Origin: Octopus vulgaris
Lineage: Eukaryota
Direction of reading: 5' to 3'
Assembly (NCBI GenBank): GCA_951406725.2
Contig: OX597818.1
Span: 121,582,001 to 121,646,000, forward strand
Length of the DNA: 64,000 bases
Shown here: positions 1 to 14,107 of the stretch, piece by piece
Layout of the letters: every line of letters begins with the position of its first letter
Position numbering within the stretch: position 1 is the first letter of the stretch
The notes under the pieces: model-generated
Seen by the model: the letters and a program-made list of their open reading frames with translations, nothing else
Databases searched by the model: none
What the model was told of the DNA's origin: nothing
Made by a program: the position numbers and the translations under genes

Positions 1-401
1 GCTAATTGGCACTGAATGTTACGTATAGAATGGAGCTTCAGATACGACAGGAGCATTTTCCAAACATAAGTCCATCGTATGTTAAAAAATAAAATCTTTA
101 CAGCCTCATTTTAGGGATTCTTAACTCTTTTGAGACATATGGTGCTTTGGTATGTGTAGCCAAAACGACCAAAGTTTTTATTTTTGTTGAGATTGAAATC
201 GATGGATACATGTAGAAAACAAAGTTCCTAAGACAACTTTATTAACATGTAAAACTATATATTTTATGTCTACTGAAAGACAATTCCTCATTGGCTATTA
301 CACATCAAAACGTTTATTTCGTCGGGCAGATGGATCGGCCTCAAAGTCCTTTCAGCTTGCATCACTTGGGCCGATCCGTCGGCCCGCGCGTCGGAAGAGG
401 G
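1..401. mobile_element. Right end of a piggyBac-like non-autonomous element (left end outside window)
   Basis: Ends ..cggaagAGGG followed by TTAA at 402-405. Confidence 0.4.
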
Positions 402-431
402 TTAAAATTTATACAAATCGGACAGCTGTAT

Positions 432-732
432 ATATGTTCCTTCTCGAGCCATGCCTGACTCATCAGGGCCGGTTTCCCAGATTCTTTGGCGTATAGGTTC
501 CCCACCTGAACGGGACGCCAGTCCGTCGAAGGTGAGCTGCAAGATGCAGGAGGAAAGCGTGAAAGAAAGTTGTGGCGATAGAGTCAGCAGAAGTTCGCCA
601 TTACCTTATGCCGGAGCCGCGTGGAGCTTAGGTGTTTCGCTCATAAACACAGACATCGCCCGGTCTGAGATTCGAACCCACGATCCCTCGACCGCGAATC
701 CGCCGCTCTAACCACTAGGCCATGTGCCTCCA
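432..732 (-). mobile_element. tRNA-derived SINE family B (head GGAGGCNCANTGGCCYAGTGGTTAG); other copies 3055-3443(-), 22460-22760(+), 60044-60425(+), 60547-60825(+)
   Basis: A-box TGGCCTAGTGGTTAG and B-box GGTTCGAATC; shared body ..gtgtttatkgagcgaaa(a)cacctaaagctcca.. Confidence 0.8.
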
Positions 733-1533
733 CAATCGGACAGCTGCATTATTTCTGAATCCCTTGGCTATTGGAGATAAGGTTGGACAATTATCGATCT
801 GATGACGTTTATTGTGGCACAAACACGTGTTCAAGATTGTTGTCTTCTCTCCAGACAATAAGCACGTTCTTTTCTTTAACGCCATGTTAACTTTGGAAAA
901 TTCTCGATTCTTAAGATATCCCTGTCTTATATGGAACTAGTCATAATTGCCATTTCGTAATTATTACATCCTCAAGGGGCGGAGATAGTAATGCATCGTA
1001 TTTGATATGCCCGTATATGTCTCTGTTTAAATACATGCCACTGGCTACTCTTAGCTGTTTCTCTCAGCTCATTATTGTTTAAATTATGCATTATATAAAC
1101 CTATAAACCTATTTTCTCTGGTATGGGACAAACCTTAGAAATTATGCAGTTTTTTTTCACACACTTTCACCGTGTCCACTGGTATCTACTGCTTATTTGT
1201 CCCAATTGTTTTTATGTTTTTACTTGACCGTAGGACTTACTATAAATAGCAAAAATAAGTCTTTCAAAGAAATTGATTGACCCTTATCTCACACCGTATG
1301 CAATAGTTTTCTTTATTTCATAATTTGTCCGATTTGTTTTTTTTTAATCTTGAGTATTATGAAAAATGTTTTACTTCAACATTTTTTGCAAAAGGTCTCA
1401 GCTGCGCAACTAGTAAAACCTGCAACGGTTCTCATAGGTGTCATTGTGTTGACACGACTCAGGGAAAAGAAAACCATGTTTTGAATGTTGAAAAATGATC
1501 AAGGATTTCACTCTCACTCTCTCTCTCTCCCTC

Positions 1534-1580
<47 letters not shown>

Positions 1581-1628
1581 ATAAAATCACAGGAGTAGAA
1601 TTCCTGAATTAAAGTTAGAGGAGTTTTA

Positions 1629-1669
<41 letters not shown>

Positions 1670-1916
1670 TATTATCTAAGGCACTACTAGCATGAATACC
1701 TCACTTCTACAAAATGTCGTTGGACATTTATTAATTACAATAAAACCATTGATTAAAATCTGCTCATAAAAGATATTGAAACTTTATTTTTTTTTTCTTA
1801 GTTGTTTCACAAATTAAAATATTTATTTTTCTTGTATTTCATTCGTTTCGGCGATTTTTTATTATAACATTTGTCCAGGTTTCCGCAATTCTTTTTTCTT
1901 TTAATATATCAATTAG

Positions 1917-1961
<45 letters not shown>

Positions 1962-2399
1962 GCCAACAGTGTATTTTCAGTACACCATATAGAATTTTTG
2001 TTTTTCTTTTTGTAAAACCGTTCTAATGATTTATACCAGTGCTTTTAATTATCTGAACTATTAGCCTATCTTAGAAAAATACCCATGTGAAACGTATAGT
2101 TACGAGAGAGCCCCTACAGGATCGTTTAATCGGCTAGAAATAGCAAGTCTTCTCATATCACATCCTTCTGTCTTTAATAGCTTCAAATTGTAGCACAAGA
2201 CCAGAAGTTTTGTGGGGAGGGGTTAGTTGATTACGTTGTTCCCAGTACTTGACCGGTGCTGTATTCGAAAGGATGGTGGGAAAAGTTGGCTTCGACGAGA
2301 TTTGGACTCAGATCATGAAGAGCTGAATGAAATACCGCCAAGCATCATCCCTGACTTATTAAAGATTCTGCAAGCACACCATCCTCCAGTTTTTAAATG

Positions 2400-2897
2400 C
2401 AGTAATCCCTCGAATATCGCGGATGTTACGTTCCAAAACCCACCGCGATATGTGAAAATCCGCGAAGTAAAAACAGTCCTGTAGTATATATATATATTTT
2501 TATTATTTTCATAATTTATATATATTTATTTTATTATAAATGCAAAATTACACCACACACTCGCCTCCTGAATTCGTTTTCCACACAGTATGTGCGATTC
2601 TTTGTTTACTTATCTACGGTACACTACATATTTTCTTTTAATATATTTTAATTATGCATTAATATGCGTTAATTATGCAGTACTGTACTGTATTTTTATA
2701 AACTAATTTAATTTTTAGGCGTGAAAATGCTTATTTTGCTACAAAATTGAGTAAAATATTAAAAAAATATAATTACCTATCGACCGCAGAAACCCGCGAT
2801 ATACTGACGAGCCCGAGACATAAATTTACATAGCCAAAAAAATCCGCGATGTACTGAGGGCGCAATAGGTGAAGTGCGATATGGTGAATGATTACTG
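2400..2897. mobile_element. Tigger/pogo-like MITE
   Basis: Termini CAGTAATC...GATTACTG followed by TA; subterminal CCGCGA repeats. Confidence 0.65.
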
Positions 2898-3479
2898 TAA
2901 TTCTAATTTTGGCACAAGAGCAGCAATTTTGAGGGGAATTCGACTAATTCGCCCCCAGTACTCAACTAGTATTTATTTTATCGACCCTAAATTTAATACT
3001 TTTTCAAGTGTGCAATATCCTTGGTGTTGCGAGGAATAATTATCAGCCTAATAATGGATGGAAGCACTCCGTCGGTTACGACGACGAGGGTTCCGGTTGA
3101 TCCGAATCAACGGAACAGCTTGCTCGTGAAATTAACGTGTAAGTGGCTGAGCATTCCACAGACACGTGTACCCTTAACGTAGTTCTCGGGGATATTCAGC
3201 GTGACACAGAGAGTGACAGAGCCGGCCCTTTTGAAATACAGGTACAGCAGAAACAGGAAGTAAGAGTGAGAGAAAGTTGTGGTGAAAGAGTACAGCAGGG
3301 ATCACCACCATCTCCTGCCGGAGCCTCATGGAGCTTTAGGTGTTTTCGCTCAATAAACACTCACAACGCCCGGTCTGGGAATCGAAACCGCGATCCTACG
3401 ACCGCGAGTCCGCTGCCCTAACCACTGGGCCATTGCGCCTCCTCAGCCTAATAAACATCATAATTGTCATGTGTCTCTT

Positions 3480-4150
3480 TATTTCTCTTAGCATTGTCGT
3501 ATGAGCAATGGGTGTTCTGGTTATTGAGGCGCAGGAAGTATTTCTCTCTTCGCAAATGAAAAACATTTCTTGACCTAAAGCGTATCCTTATAGTAACTGA
3601 TTGTAGCACCTTGTTAAATATTTTGTGACCTATGATAAATGGATGCTCGATTAGATGTTTGTCATGTTCAAATACAGCTGAGGTCGACTGTTGCCTTTCC
3701 CTTCTTGTTCGAAAAGAAATTGTAGGAAACATATCGGTATGCCAATCGCTCTCAAGATGGGCAGGAACTTGAATAGTGTACAGAGCAATAAGAAAAGAAA
3801 AGAAATGCCTCTGAGATGTGGATCTTTCATAGATTTGACGAAATAAGCGGGGAAGAGGAGGTAAGAAACGTTGTAGTACGAGAAAAGTAAGCATCCAAAG
3901 AATCCTATTGTTGAGAATCAAAGTCCACAAAGCTATATCTTGGACATACGATGCTTCACGATTCATTTCTTTATAACATCTTGACAGGAAGCGTGAAGGG
4001 AAAGAGGGCAAGAGGACATCAAAGATTTTAATGGACAGGCCACATCAAAGAATGGACTGGAAAGATCTGGCTTTTTATATGCATGCAGTACAATTCAGAG
4101 GGAACTAGAGAAGTTTGGCAACCTGACCTTGTACACAAGGCTGATGATAA
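3480..4150 (+). mobile_element. Decayed RTE-clade LINE 3' fragment
   Basis: Frameshifted remnant including GSVKGKRARGHQR (RTE G.V.G.R.RGRP motif), ending in tgatgata. Confidence 0.55.
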
Positions 4151-4404
4151 CAGTTGCCATACAGTCGACTGTGGTTACCGCTTTCCAGAGAAAGAAGTTG
4201 GCCGAGTGATTGTTCAATGTAAAAAAAAAAAAATAGAATAAACTCACTGTTGATTGTTTAATGGTCGTTATCTAATGTCGAAAAAATACCAGTAAGAAGT
4301 TAAATCACTTTCGCTAATACATGCCTTGTACAAAAACTATTCGGACAAATACAGCCATGCTGCAACACAACCTTGAAGGGTTTTAGTCGAACAAATCGAT
4401 CTCA

Positions 4405-4670
4405 GGCGAGCTGGCAGAAACGTTAGCACGCCGGGTGAAATGCGTAGCCGTATTTCGTCTACCGTTACGTAGACGAAATACGTAGCCGTATTTCGTCTGC
4501 CGTTACGTTCTGAGTTCAAATTCCGCCGAGGTCGACTTTGCCTTCATCCTTTCGGGGTCGATAAATTCAGTACCAGTTACGCACTGGGGTCGATGTAATC
4601 GTCTTAATCCGTTTGTCTGTCCTTGTTTGTCCCTTCTGTGTTTAGCCCCTTGTGGGTAGTAAAGAAATAA
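4405..4670 (+). mobile_element. tRNA-derived SINE family A (Nin-domain-like core)
   Basis: GGCGAGCTGGCAGAA head, GAGTTCAAATTC B-box, GCCTT(T)CATCCTTTCGGGGTCGATAAA..AGTACC core resembling the Nin domain, AAAGAAATA tail. Confidence 0.8.
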
Positions 4671-4767
4671 GTAGTTATGTTTTGCTGAACAATTTCGTTA
4701 TGGGGATGTAAACAAACCAACACCGGCTGTCAAGTGCCAGCGGAGAGCTGACACACTCACACACACA

Positions 4768-4982
4768 CGGAAGTGTGCTGAAAAACTCCTGGCTTTGGGT
4801 AAAAGAAAATACAAGAGTAACAGTTATGATTTTATTCAACGTATTCCCCTCTTAGATACACACACTTATTAAGCAGTCCTTCAGTTTTTCTAAGCCCTGT
4901 AAAAGAACTCGGAAGGTTGAACCTTCAGCCAGGACTTTGGTGATACCCTTCAAAACCAGGAACTTTTCAGCTCCCTTTCGTG
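4768..4982. mobile_element. Mariner-like MITE
   Basis: Imperfect TIRs gctgaaaaactcctgg..ttt / aaaccaggaacttttcagc. Confidence 0.5.
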
Positions 4983-5050
4983 TATTGTACCTTTACAAGA
5001 ACTTCGTTTACTCATTTCAATCATTAAAGCATTCCCTCGCGCGTGTTTCC

Positions 5051-5396
5051 GTGTATGTGTACACATACACACATACACACACATATATGTATAAATATAT
5101 ATGTATGTATATAATGTGTGTGTATATATGTACATATATATATATATGTGTGTGTGTATATATATATGTGTATATATTTATGTGTGTGTGTGTGTGCATA
5201 TATGTGTGTATATATATATGTGTATATATTTATGTGTGTGTGTGTGCATATATGTGTATATATTTATGTGTGTGTGTGTGCATATGTGTGTGTATATATA
5301 TATATGTGTGTATATATTTATATGTGTGTGTGTGTGTGCATATATATGTGTATATATATGTGTGTGTATGTATATATATATATGTGTGTGTGTGTG

Positions 5397-5438
<42 letters not shown>
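5051..5438. repeat. Compound (TA)n/(TG)n microsatellite
   Basis: About 390 bp of interleaved TA and TG dinucleotides; source of several spurious ORFs. Confidence 0.95.
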
Positions 5439-5440
<2 letters not shown>

Positions 5441-5757
5441 CCAAACATGGAAACACAACAACGCAAGGACGTGGAACAAATATAGTGTTATTGGACGCTC
5501 AGGAAAGGAAAGAAAGAAGGATTTTATATATATATATATATATATATTTAGATGGATTTCGAAATAGCCATCCATTTGCGTAGCAATCGATTTAAACATT
5601 GGTCATATATACATTTCTTAATGATAACAAACGTTTCTTCAAATATCTACAAAGTCTGTGTCCTTATTACTGTTGTTGAATTTGCAATGCATTTTAAATT
5701 GATTTAATTTCACTGAAATGAACGGAAATTGTGATATTACTGTTTGTTATATTTTAG

Positions 5758-5853
5758 ATACCCCAAATAATCAATTGCCAGTGTTGGAAATCGATGACAA
5801 ACACCAGATCCCACAGAGTTTATCCATTGCCCGATATATTGCCAGAGAATATG
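5758..5853 (+). CDS. Sigma-class glutathione S-transferase (GST-sigma/S-crystallin family), internal coding exon of the N-terminal domain
   Basis: ttttag acceptor, gtaatt donor, phase 1-1. Translates [32 protein letters not shown](G), containing the GST G-site QLP (cis-Pro) and QSxxIARY motifs. Confidence 0.93.
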
Positions 5854-5920
5854 GTAATTGCAGTTTTTTTTGTTTTTCCTAATTATTTCAACAGAAAATT
5901 TTGAATGCACGCACGCACAT

Positions 5921-5957
<37 letters not shown>

Positions 5958-6110
5958 GTGATGCAAATAAAACAGAATTCAAAACAAGAGTATGCTGGGG
6001 TTTTTTTTTCAATAATTGGCAAGTTATAGCGTTACTCAAACGTCGAGAGTTTCGCTTTTTGACAATGATCAAACTGGTTTCAACTCAAAGTGGTTACATC
6101 TATATATGAA

Positions 6111-6900
6111 GGTGGCGAGCTGGCAGAAACGTTAGCACGCCGGGCGAAATGCGTAGCCGTATTTCGTCTGTCGTTACGTTGTGAGTTCAAATTCCTCCGC
6201 GGTCGACTTTGCCTTTCGTCCTTTCGGGGTCGATTAAATAAGTACCAGTTACGCACTAGGGTCGATATAATCGACTTAATCCGTTTGTCTGTCCTTGTTT
6301 GTCGTCTCTGTGTTTATCCCCCTGTGGGTAGTAAAGAAATAGGTATTGCGTCTGCCGTTACGTTCTGAGTTCAAATTCCGACGAGGTCGACTTTGCCTTT
6401 CGTCATTTTGGGGTCGATTAAATAAGTACCAGTTACGCACTGGGGTTGATATAATCGACTTAATCCGTTTGTCTGTCCTTCTTTGCCCTCTCTGTGTTTA
6501 GCCCATTGTGGGCAATAAAGAAATAAGAAACGTTAGCACACCGGACGAAATGCTTAGCAGTATTTCGTCTGCCGCTACGTTCTGAGTTCAAATTCCGCCG
6601 AAGTCGACTTTGCCTTTCGTCCTTTTGGGATCAATTAAATAAGTACCAGTTACGCACTGGGGTCGATGTAATCGACTTAATCCGTTTGTCTGTTCTTGTT
6701 TGTCCCCTTTATGTTTAGCCCATTGTGGGCAATAAAGAAATAAGAAACGTTAGCACACCGGACAAAATGATTAGCAGTATTTCGTCTGCCGCTACGTTCT
6801 GAGTTCAAATTCCACCGAGGCCGACTTTGCCTTGCATCCTTTCGAGGTCGATGAAATAAGAACAAGTCAAGTACTGGGAATTGATGTAATTGATTTAACT
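6111..6900 (+). mobile_element. Tandem multimer (about 4 units) of SINE family A inside a GST intron
   Basis: Repeated ..ttctgagttcaaattcc..gtcgactttgcc..aaagaaata units. Confidence 0.85.
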
Positions 6901-9380
6901 CCTTTCCTCAAAAACTGCTGTCCCTGTACTAAAATTTAAAACCATTATAGTAATTGTTTTTTGTAGCCAGTATCGTTGTTGTAGTGACTTCAACCCCCAT
7001 TATTTATTGATGTCATTCTTACTGCTTAGTTAGGTAGATAGATAGATATATAGAGAGAGATCTGTATCAGTTTCACAATATTTAATTATTGGATATACAT
7101 CTGTAAACTCATCGAGGTGGGTAATTATAAAATATTAGGAAGCTTGGACAGATTTTAGTGTGGTTATTTTCAAAACACACAATCTACACGACATCAAGAA
7201 GTGCTAGAAACGATAGGACTACGAATGGCACTAAAAATGGTATGGGGATCTATCAATTTCAGAGTGCACGATCATGGCATCACTCTGATACAATACCTTT
7301 CAAAAATATGGCCGTCATATGTGCAAAATAAAAACTTAATATTTAACCTTTTATTGTTCCACACTAGGTCAGTCTTTACTTAACAGACCTATGATTAAAT
7401 GCGCTTCAGTCATGACCATCCAGTTCATTTGTTTGCATTTGTGTATCTAGAGGTGCATTATGCAATGTTTCTGTTTCTTTCCAAGAGGAGTATTTTTGGT
7501 TGCTATTTCTAGAGTGCCGAACATTGGCTTGACATCCTCTACCCGTTTCTGTGTTGTCTCAAGTCAACGAGGAGGCTTATACTTTTGGTCTGATAGAAAT
7601 AACAGAAAATTTCTGGACTCATTTGACAATGTAGTCTAAATATACAAAAGAATCGGATAGCCGTGGTTGGAACAGCAATGAGTATGGGCCGACTCGAACA
7701 GGGCTGACGTAAGCTTAAACAAACATAACAGTGTATTCAAATGTTTTCAGACATCGCTCTACATTTAGGGGTTAGGCTAATTACTAGTAATATCACCGAA
7801 TATATTCCCTCTTTTCTCTAAAATTTGTAATTTCTGGCTTGTCAAACCAAACCAATCGCAATTGAACTGCATGGTGGGTGTAAGCAGGTGTTTTACTAAT
7901 TGAACCTGCGGTCAATAATTTACTAGCAGCATTTATTACAGCTGTGCTGGAACAATGAGAGTTGATGCAGTATTAACAGGGTTGGGAATATAAAACGGAA
8001 CAAACCCTCATTGATAATCTCCCATGTATTTGAAGAATATAGAATGAAATATATGCTAGGTTTCGCGAAAGCTTTATTTATTTAAACTTAATTTTCTCTT
8101 TACACCTGCAAGGAACTTTTTAATGCTGGCCCTGTCTCTAATGAACCTGCTGCTATTAAGGGAAAGCCGTTATGAATGCAAAGGGGCAACTAATTTTAAG
8201 TTTCCTGGGTTCAAAGAGAAGACAAAGTAAACCTGTTTTGCATTCGTGGCAAGACAGCCGTATATTTATCATTTCAGTCTACTTGTGGTTACCTGTTGAT
8301 TAAACATTATCAAGAATAACTCATGTTTTATTTCACACTCCATTGTCATATGTTATAGTAGTAGTACGTTTCACAATTTGCCAGTAGTTCTTTTCCTGAC
8401 GTGTCAGCATATAGACCATCACTAGAGGCACCTGGAGGTTTATGCAGGTAGTGGTGTTTATTTTACAAAACCAGGTGAAGTTTACAATTTAAATAAATGA
8501 TCGTCAATGTGTTTTTGTTTGTTTGCTTGCTTGCTTTATTTTTTGTGTATTTTTTTCTTTTTTTTTTTCCTTTTGTTTTTCTGAAATGTAAGCTGAGAAG
8601 ACTTGATTTTCTTTAACTTGCCTTTACCATTATCACGGCATTTGTCATATAATTATCCTATGTAATCCTTTTTATCCAATTGTGACAAGATACGAAATAG
8701 AAATGACATTAGCGATAATTATTATCATTCCTTTGACATGTACAATACGATCTTTTCTTACATAGCGTAAGAAATCCTGGCTTACAGGGCAAATTTATTC
8801 AATTTGTTCCCCCGGATTATTTGTCAAACTTTCTTTTATTTTCACTGTACCACCTGTGAATATTAAAATGTGTTTTTTAAATTTTTTTACGCTGTCTAGC
8901 TAAAATTAAAACCGCAGTGCATTCAGAGGGGTACAGTTGATTTTATACATATATATATATTAGTATGTAATCAATATTTGAGACACGATGGCTATGTAAA
9001 AGCTTAATTTTAACTTCTAATACATACATACAGTACTACAACCTGCTGCCAAACTAATAAACTATCTTTCTTTCACTGTATTATTTCTAATTTTAATTAC
9101 TTTAGGCTCTTATAAGTCGTCAGCTCTTTATTTATTTAATTTCTTTTGTTTTGTTTAAATAGTTTTATTTTGAGTTGTCACCCAGGCTTTGTTTGGCTTA
9201 GTTAATCATTGTGTAACCCTTTGCGTTTAGTGTGTATCGTATATGATACATATTTCCCTGTCCATGGATCGCATATGATACATGTCCCCAATTTTTTTTC
9301 AACCACCAGAGTAACTTGGGGCTTAGGAAAGGAAAACTTTATATGTCTCAGAACATACGAATATGCTTTGGACAGGCAAC

Positions 9381-10018
9381 GGATCTCTTCAGTTTGTTTT
9401 GTTTTTACTAAACAATTTAAAACTTCGTATACTGGTGTAATTTCCCACTCTGAACACGATTTACCTTCAACATTTTTGACAAAATTTAGTATTTTAGAAG
9501 TTATTTCGTGTTGTCATATTTGGGTAATTCTAACCAATCAACGACGTGTATTCAGCTGAAGAAACTTACTGCTGTTTGCGATAGTGATCGAAGAGCAACT
9601 ACTTCCGGGTCATCTCTACTAAATGTATTTTTCAACCACGTGTGGATTATTCGGTATGTTCTTTAACTTGGCTAGATGTGCATGAAATATAGAAAGATAC
9701 TCAAAGAAGTCAGATAGTGTTAGAGAGGGAGAAGGAAGAGGAGAGATAGCACATATTTAGTGGAGATGACCCGGAAGTTGTTTCTCTTCGATTACTATCG
9801 CAAACAGCAGTAGATTTCTCCAGCTGAATACACGTCGTTGATTGGTTAAAATTACCCAAATACAACTTTAACACGAAATAACTTCTAAAATACGAAGTTT
9901 TGTCAAAAATGTTGAAAGTAAGCTGTGTTCAACGTGAGAAATTACACCAGTATACGAAGTTTCAAGCTGTTTAGTTAAAAATTGATTTAAAAATCTATGA
10001 GCCAAAATGAAGAGATCC
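9381..10018. mobile_element. MITE with about 245-bp TIRs, GGATCT termini and 8-bp TSD (Merlin-like)
   Basis: GGATCTCTTCA...TGAAGAGATCC; flanks CAGGCAAC / CAGGCAAT. Confidence 0.8.
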
Positions 10019-10794
10019 CAGGCAATGGTTTAATACCCGATATGAGTATTATTTCGGTTAAAGTTACTGTTTCGTACCTTGTCTTTGCTTACTATGTTCA
10101 TGTTACTCTTTGGGAAGACCTTGGTGCCATTAGTCGTAAAGAAGAAACCAAAAACAGACAGCTATTTTCACGAACTTTCCATGAGCTTCTTTGACCAAAG
10201 ATAGCACATATTTCGTTCCCAAAGTTTTTGATAATTTTTCCGTATGGAATCGGCTACGATACGGAATTGGGAACCCTGGTGGCTAACCAAACTACACTTT
10301 TTATCCAGCAGCATGCTTTCAGTGAATACCTACTCGTGTGCTGTTTTTAATTTCTCAGGAAAATATTGAGTTCAAATTTTGGCAGAAGGCCAGCAATTTC
10401 GTGGAGGAGATCAGTCTATAAGATCGACTCCAGTGTTCAACTGGTACTTATTTTATTGCCTCCGAAAGTGGATTTCGGCGGAAGTTTGAATTCAGGATGT
10501 GAAGACGGACGAAATGCCGCTAAGCATTTTGTCCCGCATGCTAACGATTCTGACAACTCGCCGCCTTAAATTTCTCGGGGAAAATACTGACAACAAAAAT
10601 AACATCCTGCATTTTTTTAATATACTCTGTACTCGTGGATGTGATATATAAAACTCTGGAACGAAACGCCAATAACTTGAGCAAAACAAAGTTTTTAAAA
10701 TGTTCTGAGCTGTGGTTGTGAGGGATCATCACTAATGTCTGTGGGATGGGGACCCTGGATCTGCTGAACTGCAATCATCTTCAGACATCTACTT

Positions 10795-11029
10795 CTTTAT
10801 TTCTTTACTACCCACAAGGGGCTAAACATAGAGGGGACAAACAAGGACAGACAAACGGATTAAGTCGATTACATCGACCCCCAGTGCGTAACTGGTACTT
10901 AATTTATCGACCCCGAAAGGATGAAAGGCAAAGTCAACCTCGGCGGAATTTGAACTCAGAATGTAACGACAGACGAAATACGGTTATGCATTTCGCCCGG
11001 CGTGCTAACGATTCTGCCAGCTCGCCGCC
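10795..11029 (-). mobile_element. SINE family A, full length; further minus copies near 10370-10567 and 13320-13750
   Basis: Reverse complement of the family A consensus. Confidence 0.85.
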
Positions 11030-11816
11030 CTTCTGCACCCTCCTAGTCATCGTTTCAAGTGAAAGGCTGTTTCAGTTCTTAACTACAATGCAACTCTGCT
11101 ACTTGACCTTTTCTATCGATCTTTTGTGCCCATACTTGCATTATCTAAACATGTTCAATCAGTCCGTTGAGTCTATATTTTATCAAAATCGTAAAATTCT
11201 GCTGAAGCTAATACTTTGAGATCTTTTGGATCAGAACAAACCATACCAGGAACTAAGGATAAAATTTGAACTTCAATTCTAATGAAGAACTGAATGTCGA
11301 AAAGCTTACAATCGTTCAGTTCTAGGCCACGGATTTTTCTGAATATTTGCTGGAATCAGCAGGGGGAATCTCTCTTAACCACCACCACTCTGCTTGGTAT
11401 GTCTATGATAATGCATTAAAGAAAAATATGAGACAGGGAGAGACAATAAAATGAGAAAGATAAAGTAGAATAATTTTAACTGGTGAAGAAAGAGACGGTA
11501 ACTATATTTATTTTCAACCAGCGAACGAAATAAATGGGTAACTGTTAACTACACGATAGGATAAGATCTGTCTTCGTTACATGGTAATAACTATATCAAA
11601 TGAGTGACTGGCACACTAGTCGTCAAAATGCGCACGCGTTCACAGAATGGCAAATAATTTATGTAAGAATTAGTAAAGGTTTCCAGAGTTACTGCGCTAA
11701 TAGGTACTAAACGACGAGTTGTGGCAAGATTCTTTTGTGTTCGCTGGTCGACTGAAAAATGATTCTACTCTCTTTCTCTCTCTGTCTCTCTCTCTCTCTC
11801 TCTGTATCTCTCTCTC

Positions 11817-11852
<36 letters not shown>

Positions 11853-13948
11853 TACACATACAGGAATCCAAACTCCCAAAGCTATGGAATGCGGAAATGA
11901 GAAAGGGCCTAACATTACCTAGAACGATAGGAAATCGTTCAAACTTCAGGATCATAACATTTACAGCATATATTTACTTTATCTTATTTAGCAAACTAAT
12001 GCGGAACAAATGCATTGTAGCAACAAATTATCAGAGAAATGATTGGAGAATGGAACTTCTGCGAAAGTAAAACCATGAATACAGAATGGAGTAAGAATCA
12101 AAGTTTGCGAATCCAAGCAAGACTTGGACAAGACTGTTGGGGATACGAGCTGTGTTCGGACTTACTTTGACCTGCTGCCACCAGTAAGCCATTTTGGTGT
12201 GGATGTTGTTGGTACTTTACGCCCATCACACAAAGAATACAAGCTGAATACAAGTTGAAATTAATTCTATAACTTAAATGTGGTGCACAGATGTGCATGA
12301 GAGCGTGCAAATTTATCAAACTAGATTGTGATTGATTCTTAATTAGAATTTAATTTCCTGATATATAATTTAATTTTTAAGACTGAACTCATTATTGTGA
12401 TTTGGTACTGTTGTTCAGTATTATGAATTCTAATACATTTACTAATTTTATTCTCAGTTACCAGCCCAGGGTTGTAGAACGGTGAAAGTGCATCGAGTGA
12501 GCTGCCTTGCAGTATCTGTTCTGGTCTTTTGCATTCTGAAAGCGTCACTGAAAACTCACTAGTGCCAAGTTCTGGCAAGCCTAAGCTGCAACCATTGTCA
12601 TGGACAACATCGGTAATGCAGAGAGGGGAAGCTTTCATGCACAATCAATAAACAATCTTCTACAAAACCTTACCATGCTTCCAGGTGCAAATAGATGGTT
12701 GACCCTGGCCGACGAAGAGTTCCCTATCCCTCTTTTCGGATATATACGTCTCTCAAAATGAATGTTCATCCAATTGAAAAAGCCGCATTATTTATGGGAT
12801 GACTCAATATGTAGTTTTGAGAGTTGTTTAAACTCCTTAAGATACTGTGATCTCAGTACAGTAGATTATTGAAGCCTTAGATCAATTCAGTCCACAAAAA
12901 GGCGTCTATAATGAAATAAACGAGTCCTTAACTTATAATACAGAATCTGGTTAGATAAAATTAATTTGCGATCATTCAGATGCCACTCTCTTGGAAACTG
13001 TTTGGTTGTAAAGATACAGAGTATATCTTCAGAATTTATAATACATCTTCGATGAAAGACCTGTAAATTCCTAACCGTTCGATCTGTTACGTATTAATAC
13101 AAATAGCTACAGTTTTAAAATCTAAGTATTCGCATATTGCTAAATTCTTATCACAGTAGGTGAGTGAAGCCCAGGTTTCTTTTTCTCTTCATGCAGCTTA
13201 AATGTCGCATGACAAAAGTAATGTCTCTTCAGACAAAAGTCAAGAAGCAGACAAATGTTAATAGCTTCCTTGCTTGTAATAATTCTTCCTAATTTTGTCA
13301 TACAGAGTGAAGGTGGGAGTCGATTACATAAACACTATTGCTCAGCTGGTTCTTATTTTATTAATCCCGAAAGGATGAAAGGTAAAGTTTACCTCGATGG
13401 CATTTTTGAACCGAGAACGTAAAGATTCAGAAGAAATTCCGCTAAGCATTTTGTTCGACGCGCTAACGACTGTACCAGCTTGCTGTCTTTGTCCCCCAGC
13501 CCCGTCCCATCTGTTTTAAATATATATTTCTTTACTACCCACAAGGGGCTAAACATAGAGGGGACAAACAAGGACAGACAAACGGATGAAGTTGATTACA
13601 TCAACCCCAGTGAGTAACTGGTACTTAATTTATCGACCTCGAAAGGATGAAAGGCAAAGTCGACCTCGGCGGAATTTGAACTCAGAACGTAACGGCAGAC
13701 GAAATACGGCTACGCATTTCGCCCGGCACGCTAACGTTTCTGCCAGCTCAGCAATAAAGAAATAGCTGTTCCAATGAATTAGGTTTAAGAAAATCAAATG
13801 GCAAGAGGTTTCTAAATTCGATCCATGATCCCTAGTAATAAAAGAGAAGGGATTATTCAAGATGTAAACCTTTTTTTCTTCTCCTTGATTATCTTCTACA
13901 TATATTAAAAAGTAGCATTGTTTCCTTAAGATCTACTTTATATTTCAG

Positions 13949-14064
13949 GGTTGGCAGGAAACGGCAACCTCAACCAAGCGTATGCTGATTCTATTGTGGA
14001 GACATTCGACGACCTTCACGTAGAATTTGGAAAAACTCTAAACGAGAAAGATGAGAAAAAAAAG
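13949..14064 (+). CDS. GST-sigma coding exon
   Basis: tttcag acceptor, gtactg donor. Continues in frame: (G)LAGNGNLNQAYADSIVETFDDLHVEFGKTLNEKDEKKK. Confidence 0.92.
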
Positions 14065-14107
14065 GTACTGATAACTTATTTTTTTAATTATTGACTAGAA
14101 AATTATG

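Noticed and set aside
3448-4011. 187-aa minus-strand ORF, the longest in the track
   Set aside because: Antisense to a decayed RTE LINE fragment; no recognisable domain.
4937-5599. Cluster of long ORFs rich in Y/I/C/V/H/T
   Set aside because: Translations of a TA/TG microsatellite; likewise 11697-12070, 28881-29191 and 61485-61707.
1-5757. Search for the GST 5' exons (catalytic Tyr region, YF..RGRAE)
   Set aside because: No matching exon recognised; presumably upstream of the window, though I may have missed a short exon.
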